Assembly: GCA_944391725.1 (NCBI GenBank)
Contig: CALXUQ010000003.1
Span: forward strand, 1-55,471
Reading direction: 5' to 3'
Source: an uncultured Alphaproteobacteria bacterium
GTDB lineage: Bacteria; Pseudomonadota; Alphaproteobacteria; RF32; CAG-239
Length of the DNA stretch: 55,471 nucleotides
Each line of letters starts with the position of its first letter. Within the stretch, counting starts at the first letter, position 1. A program made the translations under genes and the position numbers. The notes beneath the pieces are model-generated. The model had not been told where the DNA came from and searched no databases. It was given only the letters and a program-made list of their open reading frames with translations. Below are positions 1-8,251 of this stretch, piece by piece.

Positions 1-34
1 CAATAGATATCCCCCAGTAAACTGGGGGTTCTAT

Positions 35-62
35 AGAAAAGGCACCTTTGGGTGCCTTTTCT
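35..62 (-). terminator. Intrinsic terminator-like hairpin directly after the tnpA stop
   Basis: 12-bp perfect inverted repeat AGAAAAGGCACC-TTTG-GGTGCCTTTTCT with A/T tails on both sides. Confidence 0.7.
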
Positions 63-491
63 TTACAGCTCCAAACGGAGCTGACCTAAATCCTGTCGTC
101 CTTGAAATTCTACATAATGTTTAATTTTATCTTCATCTAAGCCAACGCTACTGACGAAGTATCCCCGTGACCAAAATACATTTTCCTTAAAATATACTTT
201 GCTGAGCCAAGTAAACTTGGCTCTTATTTGCGAGGAAGATTGGCTTTTCAATTTAGCCATTACATCGGCTATTGCATATCTTGGTGGAATTGTCATCACA
301 AAATGAATATGGTCTTTATCAAAGCCAATCTTCTCTATCTCACATCCGGGGATACTTCTTAGTAGCTTGGGTAATAATTTCTTTATATAATCTACGACGC
401 CAGGCTTTAGGACACGACGACGATACTTACACACCCAAACTATGTGGTAACTTAAACGATAAACACTATGTTGACTTTGTACGACTTCCAT
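63..491 (-). CDS. tnpA: IS200/IS605 family Y1 HUH transposase
   Basis: 142 aa; YHIVWVCKYRR N-terminal motif, HuH motif DHIH, FWSRGYFVSSVG, catalytic YxxxQ (YVEFQ). Confidence 0.95.
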   Translation of the reverse strand: MEVVQSQHSVYRLSYHIVWVCKYRRRVLKPGVVDYIKKLLPKLLRSIPGCEIEKIGFDKDHIHFVMTIPPRYAIADVMAKLKSQSSSQIRAKFTWLSKVYFKENVFWSRGYFVSSVGLDEDKIKHYVEFQGRQDLGQLRLEL

Positions 492-661
492 ACCTTCTTA
501 TAGCATCGTCGTCGTGAGCATTCAACCCCCATTAAAATGGGGGTAGTCTGTAAGGCATTAAAACACCCCCGGATTTCTTGGTCTTGAAATCAAGGAATGT
601 TTCTACCTGAGGAAGTTTTGTGGCCGGTACTGAATCCAAGGTCTAAGAAGATGCAAAGTAT

Positions 662-1000
662 TTAATTGGGCAGAGCCTGTAGCAAGATGATTTCTTCCAG
701 TTCGTAGGTGCCGTCGTAATCTGCTCCAAAGCCTTCTTGCGGTTCCGTAATTTCTCTAACCTTTAATGTGGCTTGAACCGGTTGATACTTGACTGTCTCA
801 GTTCCTAAGAGCTTTTGATATTCTGTCATCAAACGGCCGGATTTATCAATCAGCCAATATTCTTTGTTATCGGCATTATCCCGAAAAGCCCGTACCTCAT
901 GTCCTAACTGCAAAGTGCCGCTGACTTCTTTGGGCTCGGGGGCTTGCTGACAACCAATCATCAATAGCAAGCCCCAGAAAATAGTCCACAGTTTATTCAT
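662..1000 (-). CDS. Small lipoprotein with an NlpE-C/OB-like domain (GHEVRxF motif)
   Basis: Lipobox-like MIGC at residue 17; motifs GHEVRAF, YWLID, EGFGADYDG; 11 bp downstream of the flavodoxin gene. Confidence 0.65.
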   Translation of the reverse strand: MNKLWTIFWGLLLMIGCQQAPEPKEVSGTLQLGHEVRAFRDNADNKEYWLIDKSGRLMTEYQKLLGTETVKYQPVQATLKVREITEPQEGFGADYDGTYELEEIILLQALPN

Positions 1001-1011
1001 ATACCAATCCT

Positions 1012-1551
1012 TTATGCATTTTTGCCGGCTTCATAAGCCTGCTTCATGGCCGGAGAAGATTTTATATCGCCGATTTGCCAAGCCCCTACTCCATATATAA
1101 TACCTTTTTCTTTGGTGCCTTCAAGACAATCTTGCGTAAATCCGCGGAAAGCCTCAATAGCCTTTTGCATATTAGCCGGATTAGAATCTGCGGCCGCCAC
1201 GATAAAATATACATCTTTATTGCGAATTTCCTCATATTTGGGTACACAGCGGTCAATAAAAGTCTTCATCTGCCCGTTCATGGTATAAAAATAAATTGGG
1301 GTTGCAAATACCAGTACATCAGCTTCCAGCATCTGCTCCAAAATCTCGGCCATATCATCTTTTTGCACACATTTATGCGTAGTATTACAAACTCCACAGC
1401 CGCGGCAATAGCCGATATGCTTGTCGTTTAGAAAAATTTTGCTGACTTGGTGTCCGGCCTCTTTAGCTCCCAAAGCAAATTGGTCGCTCAAAGTGTCGGA
1501 GTTTCCGCCTTTACGAAAACTTGATGAAATAATCAAAACTTTTTTACTCAT
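1012..1551 (-). CDS. Flavodoxin-family / NADPH-dependent FMN reductase (iron-sulfur flavoprotein-like)
   Basis: SSSFRKGGNS FMN-binding loop, CRGCGVC..C cysteine motif, ATPIYFY; SD AAGGAG 7 nt before ATG 1551. Confidence 0.9.
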   Translation of the reverse strand: MSKKVLIISSSFRKGGNSDTLSDQFALGAKEAGHQVSKIFLNDKHIGYCRGCGVCNTTHKCVQKDDMAEILEQMLEADVLVFATPIYFYTMNGQMKTFIDRCVPKYEEIRNKDVYFIVAAADSNPANMQKAIEAFRGFTQDCLEGTKEKGIIYGVGAWQIGDIKSSPAMKQAYEAGKNA

Positions 1552-1555
1552 AATC

Positions 1556-2347
1556 TTACTCCTTTGCAATTTCGTTAATCGCCGCAATCGCGTTCAAACT
1601 TCTCGGATAGCCGATATAAGGTAATAGTTGGGTCACCAGCTCAATCAGCATTTCGCGGCTGTTACCGACATTTAGGTTAGCCCCAACATGAGCCTTGACT
1701 TGCGGATCAGCACCGCCCAGCGAAATGAGCACCGCTAATGTGATGAGCTCGCGGGTCGGAATATCTAAAGTGCCGCGAGTATAATAGTCGCCAAAGCAGT
1801 TTGCTGACAAATAATCTTGAATATGCTTGAGTTCTTTAGGCGCTGAAGCACGCATGCTGGCAATATTTTCCGTGCCAAAAATTTGGCTTTGAACTTTCAA
1901 ACCTTTATCCAAACGATTTTGCGGATTTGTGGTGCTTTGCGGTTCAAGCGGTAATTTAATACCGCGCTCCAGCATAACTTCATTGGTGGCCAAGATAAAA
2001 TCATATACTTTCGCCATGCCGGCATAGGGAATGCTTTGGTAAAGCGCTTCTTTGACCTCTAGCGGAGAAACACCATTGTCCAGCGCTTGGGTAAGGATAT
2101 TTTTATATTCATTTACCGAACCGGTCGCAATATGCGCGGCCATCACCGTCAGATAACGGGTGTTAATCGGCATAATCTTGCGGTTTGTAACTTCGTTGTC
2201 CATAAAATTTTGCCACAACTGAGCCAGCTCGGGGTCGGTTTGACTAATGTCTTGCATTGGTTTTTCCTTAATATTCCAACAGCTAAAGGCGGCAAACAAG
2301 GCTACCGCCAGCACACATATTAATATTATAAGTATAGTTTTTTTCAT
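1556..2347 (-). CDS. Carboxymuconolactone decarboxylase (AhpD-like) family protein, two CMD domains, N-terminal hydrophobic leader
   Basis: FGDYYTRGTLD..TRELIT..L...G...Q...H...NL..G and YIGYPRSLNA motifs; first repeat EALYQSIPYAG. Confidence 0.9.
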   Translation of the reverse strand: MKKTILIILICVLAVALFAAFSCWNIKEKPMQDISQTDPELAQLWQNFMDNEVTNRKIMPINTRYLTVMAAHIATGSVNEYKNILTQALDNGVSPLEVKEALYQSIPYAGMAKVYDFILATNEVMLERGIKLPLEPQSTTNPQNRLDKGLKVQSQIFGTENIASMRASAPKELKHIQDYLSANCFGDYYTRGTLDIPTRELITLAVLISLGGADPQVKAHVGANLNVGNSREMLIELVTQLLPYIGYPRSLNAIAAINEIAKE

Positions 2348-2859
2348 TATTTATATTCCGCATCGCTAACCGGATTAAGCCAGGTGGTTTGGTTGTTGGG
2401 CAAGTTGGTTTCTACCGAAATATGGGCAAACCAGCTATTGGGTGCGGCCCCATGCCAGTGCTCCACTTCCGGCGGAATGCGGACCACATCGCCTTTATGC
2501 AAAATTCGGATTTCGCCGCCGCGCTCTTGGTAACGGCCTTCACCTCCCTCAACCAGCAAAATTTGTCCGCCGCTGTGTTTGTGCCAGTTGGTTCTGGCGC
2601 CGGGCTCAAAAGTGACATTAGCGATAGAAGAGTTCCAAACCTCGTCATTGGCACTGAGCCGGGTGAGATAAGTCTGACCGGTAAAAAATTTGCCGTAAGG
2701 GTTAGGTTCACCCTGACCAAAAACAGTATCAATCGGTGCTTGTTTCATTTCTATTGCTCCCAAAGATGTTGAAAAGGTTAAAACTGCCGCCGCGGCCAAA
2801 ATGGAGAAGGCGTGACGACCATGTGAAAAAATTGATAATAAGTTCTTGTTATTAATCAT
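2347..2859 (-). CDS. Cupin domain protein with N-terminal signal-like leader
   Basis: NVTFEPGARTNWHKHSGGQIL and IPPEVEHWHGA cupin motifs; stop overlaps the CMD start (TAATG). Confidence 0.9.
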   Translation of the reverse strand: MINNKNLLSIFSHGRHAFSILAAAAVLTFSTSLGAIEMKQAPIDTVFGQGEPNPYGKFFTGQTYLTRLSANDEVWNSSIANVTFEPGARTNWHKHSGGQILLVEGGEGRYQERGGEIRILHKGDVVRIPPEVEHWHGAAPNSWFAHISVETNLPNNQTTWLNPVSDAEYK

Positions 2860-2889
2860 ATTTCATGCTCCTTAGCGATTCTGAACATA

Positions 2890-2920
2890 ATCATAATTTT
2901 TAGAGCTTACTCTAAGTCAA
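2890..2920 (-). promoter_or_regulatory. MerR-type sigma70 promoter with dyad operator
   Basis: Minus strand TTGACT-19 nt-TATGAT; dyad TTAGAG-TAAG-CTCTAA (2900-2915) lies in the spacer. Confidence 0.8.
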
Positions 2921-2936
2921 GAACTTTTTTGCGCCA

Positions 2937-2970
2937 CAAAAAAAGCAGCTGACAAACTGATGTCAGCTGT
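2937..2970 (-). terminator. Intrinsic terminator after the hypothetical gene at 2994-3401
   Basis: 9-bp stem CAGCTGACA/TGTCAGCTG (2947-2970) followed by a T-run on the minus strand. Confidence 0.7.
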
Positions 2971-2993
2971 ACTCAAAAGAAACCATATAGTTT

Positions 2994-3401
2994 CTACATG
3001 AATTGATTAAATATACTGCCTTTTTCTTCAGTTTGGTTAATCTTGCCCTCAGATGTATAATAATCCGATGATGTGTCTAGATTCCGTGGCAGATAAGGAG
3101 TTGCAGGAGTTATTGATGTCGATAGTAGTCTAGAATTTATTGGACTACTTACTTGATTAAGCGCAATTTTCAAAAGAACCGATTTGGAATACAAATCCAA
3201 TGCATAATCGCCTTTTTTACCTTCCATCAAGGCTAACCAAGCAAAATACGCCAAATCTGGATTGGAATATGTATATATATTCTTCTCCTCTAAGATTTCA
3301 TTTTCCTCATCTTGTTCTTTCATTTTAGACATCACCAAACTGATGATTTGGAGGGCAGATTTACCGGAGAGATTAGAAAGATTAGAGATAGACGAAATCA
3401 T
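2994..3401 (-). CDS. Hypothetical protein (135 aa)
   Basis: ORF fills the gap, has an AAGGT SD-like site upstream and its own terminator; no recognisable family motif. Confidence 0.6.
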   Translation of the reverse strand: MISSISNLSNLSGKSALQIISLVMSKMKEQDEENEILEEKNIYTYSNPDLAYFAWLALMEGKKGDYALDLYSKSVLLKIALNQVSSPINSRLLSTSITPATPYLPRNLDTSSDYYTSEGKINQTEEKGSIFNQFM

Positions 3402-3652
3402 GATATCTTACCTTTGCCTTAGTAAAAATAACATATTTGATATAGGCAAAGGTTAGCTAGTTTGTAGATATATTTTGCGCTATAACAGTTGGTTATATAA
3501 AGATAATCCTTTGGAAATATGGGCTCTAACCAAGGTTGAGGTTGGGCGCCTAAATCAGATTGTTTTGATTGCGGACATTAAATCTTTTGGTTGCAGATAT
3601 GTAGCGACACTAATATAAAAACTATCAACATCGCCCAAAAGATATAATTTTG

Positions 3653-6600
3653 TTAAAACTCATACTGATAACCCAGACTGAGTGCCCAAGGGATGTCAAC
3701 TTTACTGCCAAGAGAGGATGTAAACTCCACATAGGCCGAGCTGTGCTCTGTGAAGGAGGCGTTGATACCCAAGCTTAATTCATAGTGCAACGAGGCCATA
3801 TCTTCCTCCATCAAGTGATCGACAATCCAAACCGAATTTTTGGCATCCCAATCATAAATCAAATTGGCTTGTGAATAAGCATCAAGCACAATTTGGTCAC
3901 CCCAGTTAAAAGATTTTCCTAAGGTTAGGCCCAGAGTATTGCTCAAATAACCGGCACTTTCGGCTCGAATCGGGGTGTCGTAATTGGTCTTATAACTAAC
4001 GCCGTTGATATACATATAGTTCATGGCGGCGTAGGGGGTCAAAAACCACTGGTCGGAAAAATCAAATCTTCGACCAGCAGACACTGCAGTTTGCCAACCT
4101 TCGGTTTCAAACTTAGCCACCACTTCGCTCATCGCCGGTGTGTAGCTTTGGTTTTTCTGATGATGTCGGAAATAAGTTCCCATAACATCTACAAACCACA
4201 TATTGCTAGTGAGCATGGTAGAATAAAGACCCAAGCTATAAGTTTTGCCGTCGCCTTTACCTAACACATCAAAGTTTTGGTGAGAGTTGGTAAAGCCGCT
4301 GTAAATTCCGACACCAAGCCGATAGGTATCATTATCAATAATTTTACCGTCAAAACCAATGCTTTCGCCCCAGATATCCGTGTGACTCTTGGTGCTGTCA
4401 TGATATGTTTGGTTAACTCTGCGCCCAATTCCTTTCACCCACAAGCCATAATCATGCTCCAGACCTTGGTGCTGATAGTGCAGACGGTTATATACGGGGC
4501 TGAGATGCGAGAAAAACAATGATGACAGTGCCGTGTAGGTGTTACGCGCAATATATGTGCCATCAGAGAGTTGCTTGGTGTTTTCAAGATACCAATCACT
4601 ACCTTCTTGCACCAAATCATATCGATAAGCTCCAACGTCAACGGCTCCACCAATCAGATAAAAATTATCCTGAGCCGCGTTGCTTCCATCAATAATCTGA
4701 AATTTGGCCGGAGCGGTATCATCGCTATAATCATGTACAATTAGTCCAAACTTACCATCTCCGCTCTGAACATTGATTTGATCAGATAGGCCGGCGGCTA
4801 AATTGCTACTCATCGAAAACACGCCATTGCCGTTGAGTTTATCGACATTAAGAGTAGTGAAATTGGGGTTATAAGCCAGACTGACAATGGAATTATTAAG
4901 TTCCATATTAGAAATTTGGTTGTTGCCGGAAATATAGAGAATACTGTTGTTGGCGGTGGTGACACCATTTAAGCTCCCTCCGCTGAATAGGCGTAATGTT
5001 CCGTTATTAAAAGTAGAATTGGTTGCGGTGGCTCCGCTTAGCACGGTTTGGATACCGCCGCGGGTGATTTGAGTGTCGGTAGCAACTCCTCCGGAGCGAA
5101 TTTCTTGCAAACCACCGTTAATGATGGTTTGTTGAGCCAATCCGGAAACAAATTGGGTTCCACCGGTTAGTGTAGAGTTAATAGCCGTTCCGCCGGAGGC
5201 AATTGTTTGTTTGCCACCAAGACCGATTTGTGTTCCAGAAGCTGTGCCACCTTCTAATATGTTTTGGATGGCTTGAGCTTTGAGTTGTGCATTGGTAGAA
5301 GTTCTACCATTTAAAACCGTCTGCACGCCACTTCCCGAAATCATCGCATTTTCAGATTTGCCGCCGTTTTCAATAGTTTGCGTTCCTCCGGTGATTTGAG
5401 TTCCGGTATCTGTGCCGGATACACTCATACTGCCCGAGGATAGGGTGGCGCTTTGTGCGGTAGAATTAGCCGCTACACTCATGCTTCCGCCCGAAACGGC
5501 AGTGTCTTGCGCTAATCCTCCCGAAAGTACGTTCAAAGTGCCACCGTTTTCAAGGCTTGCCCCATAAATTTCGCCGGAAACTTGCGCCGTACCGCCTGAA
5601 GAAATCTGCGCATTAGTAGAAGTCCCGCCATTTAAAACCGTCTGCACGCCACTTCCCGAAATCATCGCATTTTCAGATTTGCCGCCGTTTTCAATAGTTT
5701 GCGTTCCTCCGGTGATTTGAGTTCCGGTATCTGTGCCGGATACACTCATACTGCCCGAGGATAGGGTGGCGCTTTGTGCGGTAGAATTAGCCGCTACACT
5801 CATGCTTCCGCCCGAAACGGCAGTGTCTTGCGCTAATCCTCCCGAAAGTACGTTCAAAGTGCCACCGTTTTCAAGGCTTGCCTCATAAATTCCCCCTGAA
5901 ACCTCTACACTTCCTCCGGAAGAAATCTGTGAGCGATAGGCATAACCACCGCTTTCCACGATTTGGGTTCCACCGTTGACAATATTATTAAAGGCATAAC
6001 TATCCACTCCGATTTGCTGTGTTCCGCCTGAGATAGTAGTATCTTCAGCCACGCCGCCGTCTTGTACCAACTGCGTTCCGCCTTTAACCGTACCGTTAAT
6101 ATCCTGACCATAAACAATCTCTTCGCCTTGTTCTAAAATGGTTTGAGATGCAAATGCCCCGCTATTGAGCACCAACTTTCCGCCATTAACAATCGTATCT
6201 TCCGCATATCCACTGCTATATACATTCATGGTACCATTGTCATTAATGCTGGTCGACATGGCATCACCATAAACATTTTGTATACCGGAGTTGATGACAG
6301 TATTATTAGCGGTCCCTCTCACTTCCACTTGCTGAGTGCCGCCGTTAATCTCAGCGCCGAAAGTTTTACCATAACGTTTAACCTGCTGAGTACCGCCCTG
6401 AATATTGGTATTGGTGTCGGTTCCATACACGGTTTCCGTGCCTGAGACCAAGATTGTACCCTCTGCATTGCCACCTTGCAGTACCGACAAAGTGCCGCCA
6501 TTTACGGTCGTGTCATAGGCATATCCGCCATTATTAACATTTATGGTACCATTGGCAGATACATTGCTATTATAAGATTTTCCTTTAATTGTTTGCAATC

Positions 6601-6883
6601 CGGCGTGTTCTACATTGGTGTTGTACGATATTCCACCACTTTCCACAGTTTGCTGACCGTATGGGTAAATTATACTACCATGAGTTACGCCACCGCTCAT
6701 TACTTGCTGTGTACCCGAAACCGTAAAATTATCGGCAGTGCCGTAGACTTGCTGGGTGATAATGGTCATGACATCGCCACCGCTTTGGGTTGTTCCGCTC
6801 GGAACCGTGGTGGTGATGGCCTGTGCCGAAAGCGGAAATAGGCTTACCGAAAGTAATAGGGAGAATTTTCTCATGGTATACAA
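3653..6883 (-). CDS. AIDA-I/Ag43-like autotransporter adhesin (type Va)
   Basis: Signal peptide ending AQA; passenger of GGxQxVxxGG beta-helix repeats; pertactin-like junction (GNGVFSMSSNL..GLSDQINV, VDVGAYRYDL); beta-barrel ending YQYEF. Confidence 0.92.
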   Translation of the reverse strand: MYTMRKFSLLLSVSLFPLSAQAITTTVPSGTTQSGGDVMTIITQQVYGTADNFTVSGTQQVMSGGVTHGSIIYPYGQQTVESGGISYNTNVEHAGLQTIKGKSYNSNVSANGTINVNNGGYAYDTTVNGGTLSVLQGGNAEGTILVSGTETVYGTDTNTNIQGGTQQVKRYGKTFGAEINGGTQQVEVRGTANNTVINSGIQNVYGDAMSTSINDNGTMNVYSSGYAEDTIVNGGKLVLNSGAFASQTILEQGEEIVYGQDINGTVKGGTQLVQDGGVAEDTTISGGTQQIGVDSYAFNNIVNGGTQIVESGGYAYRSQISSGGSVEVSGGIYEASLENGGTLNVLSGGLAQDTAVSGGSMSVAANSTAQSATLSSGSMSVSGTDTGTQITGGTQTIENGGKSENAMISGSGVQTVLNGGTSTNAQISSGGTAQVSGEIYGASLENGGTLNVLSGGLAQDTAVSGGSMSVAANSTAQSATLSSGSMSVSGTDTGTQITGGTQTIENGGKSENAMISGSGVQTVLNGRTSTNAQLKAQAIQNILEGGTASGTQIGLGGKQTIASGGTAINSTLTGGTQFVSGLAQQTIINGGLQEIRSGGVATDTQITRGGIQTVLSGATATNSTFNNGTLRLFSGGSLNGVTTANNSILYISGNNQISNMELNNSIVSLAYNPNFTTLNVDKLNGNGVFSMSSNLAAGLSDQINVQSGDGKFGLIVHDYSDDTAPAKFQIIDGSNAAQDNFYLIGGAVDVGAYRYDLVQEGSDWYLENTKQLSDGTYIARNTYTALSSLFFSHLSPVYNRLHYQHQGLEHDYGLWVKGIGRRVNQTYHDSTKSHTDIWGESIGFDGKIIDNDTYRLGVGIYSGFTNSHQNFDVLGKGDGKTYSLGLYSTMLTSNMWFVDVMGTYFRHHQKNQSYTPAMSEVVAKFETEGWQTAVSAGRRFDFSDQWFLTPYAAMNYMYINGVSYKTNYDTPIRAESAGYLSNTLGLTLGKSFNWGDQIVLDAYSQANLIYDWDAKNSVWIVDHLMEEDMASLHYELSLGINASFTEHSSAYVEFTSSLGSKVDIPWALSLGYQYEF
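5307..5882. repeat. Tandem duplication, period 321 bp, inside the autotransporter passenger
   Basis: 5307-5561 matches 5628-5882 base for base by eye (255 bp); similarity continues with mismatches on either side. Confidence 0.9.
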
Positions 6884-7016
6884 CTCCTAAGGCAAAAAAT
6901 AATCTTTGTGCCAATATTTAATCCGCAAAATCGGCAAATTAAAGAGTGAGGTGAGAATTTGGAATCTATAAAATCTTCATGATTAAAAGTGTAAAATACT
7001 TCTTGCATATCTTATA

Positions 7017-7045
7017 TTGACATTTTTTAATTTTGTTTTCATAAT
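7017..7045 (+). promoter_or_regulatory. Putative sigma70 promoter for the lipocalin/hydrolase genes
   Basis: TTGACA-17 nt-CATAAT. Confidence 0.6.
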
Positions 7046-7096
7046 ATCGCGTAAATTAAGTGTAGCCGAATGTATTTATCCGGGAGTGAGATTGAG

Positions 7097-7462
7097 ATGA
7101 AAAAACTGTGGCTTATCTTGTTTTGCTTAATTGCTGCTTGTGACCAGCAACCTAAAAATCCGATTGTCGGACATTGGCTGGAGATTATGCCGGAAAACCG
7201 TCATATTGTACAAGGAATTAGCTTTAATGGTGACGGAACGGCTCAATCTATTGGAATGGCAACACTTAAGTATGAAAGTTGGAAACTCGATAATAACCAA
7301 TTAACCTTGAGCGGAAAAAGCATCGGTAACGGTCAGACAATTGATTTTTCCGATACTTATGAAGTGATGCAAATTAGTCCGGAAAGTTTAAAATTAAACA
7401 AACCGGGACAATATCCGGTAGAATATAGAAAAGTTTCCGAACTTCCCGAAGATGTAGAGTAA
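7097..7462 (+). CDS. Lipocalin-like domain lipoprotein (resembles the Bacteroidetes Lipocalin_3 type)
   Basis: Lipobox IAAC; motifs IVGHW, QGISFNGDGTAQSIGMATLKYESW, LSGKSIGNGQTI. Confidence 0.75.
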   Translation: MKKLWLILFCLIAACDQQPKNPIVGHWLEIMPENRHIVQGISFNGDGTAQSIGMATLKYESWKLDNNQLTLSGKSIGNGQTIDFSDTYEVMQISPESLKLNKPGQYPVEYRKVSELPEDVE

Positions 7463-7497
7463 TCTTTTTGGCTTTGATAAGAGATAAGGCTCTAGTC

Positions 7498-8224
7498 ATG
7501 CAAAAATTAATATTAGTCCATGGCTGGGACTACAAGCATTATTCTACCCAAACCTCAAGCCACGATGTTTGGGATAACCGCCGCAATTTTGTTGATGAGT
7601 TAGCAAAAATCTATGAACTCAAAATCGTTACTTTGCCTGGTTTTTGCGGAGAAAAAGAGCCTAACACTCCATGGCAGCTTGAAGATTTTGCCGATTTTGT
7701 AGAACAAAAAATTCAAGCCGGTAACTTTAAGCCCGATTATATCTTGGGATATTCTTTCGGCGGTGCCGTGGCTCTAACCCATAAACTTAAATATGATAAA
7801 AGCAAGATAATTTTGGTTTCTCCGGCCATTAGCCGCAAATATAAAAAAAAAATCTCCGGCGCACAACAAGCTAAAATACTTTACCAAGTTTTTACCTAAT
7901 TGCGTTCAGGATATTCTCAAAGACCAATACATCAGTCGAGTGCTCAAAAATCCATTCTACATTTATGGAACTGATTTTCTTAAAAAAACTTATCTAAATA
8001 TTGTCAGTATAGATTTGAGAGAAAAACTCAAGCTCATAAAGCCAACTGATTTTAAGATTATTTTTGGTGAGAAAGATACCGCCACTCCGCCGCAGCTTTT
8101 GCTTGACAAAGTACCCGAACTCAAAAATAACATAGCCATTTTAGCAAATGGCACTCACGATATTGCCAATACCAATACTACGGAACTGGTCAACGAAATT
8201 GCGAAGTTTACAAATTTACACTAA
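7498..8224 (+). pseudogene. Alpha/beta hydrolase split by a +1 frameshift in an A10 tract (phase-OFF allele, pseudogene or assembly error)
   Basis: 5' ORF has VHGW and GYSFGG; 3' ORF has GEKDTATP and GTHD; deleting one A at 7843-7852 joins them into one 241-aa frame. Confidence 0.8.
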
Positions 8225-8251
8225 CGCCAAAATGTGCAAATTATATCATTT

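Larger units (their letters stand above)
11..553 (-). mobile_element. IS200/IS605-family element, tnpA only (no tnpB); right end may run past the window edge
   Basis: Y1 transposase ORF bracketed by two near-identical hairpins, CCCCCATT-AA-AATGGGGG (526-543) and CCCCCAGT-AA-ACTGGGGG (11-28); exact ends not determined. Confidence 0.8.

Noticed and set aside
545-661. Possible tRNA or omega-RNA remnant beside the IS (GGATTCAGTACCGGCCAC and a GATTTC/GAAATC hairpin)
   Set aside because: No cloverleaf can be built and there is no tnpB; more likely terminator or spacer sequence.
4960-6800. CRISPR-like or DGR-like repeats in the autotransporter region
   Set aside because: The repeats are in-frame protein repeats with no spacers, and there are no cas or reverse transcriptase genes in the window.
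6895-6914. TTGGCACAAAG upstream of the autotransporter as a sigma54 promoter
   Set aside because: No GC at the -12 position; GG-N10 is followed by AT.
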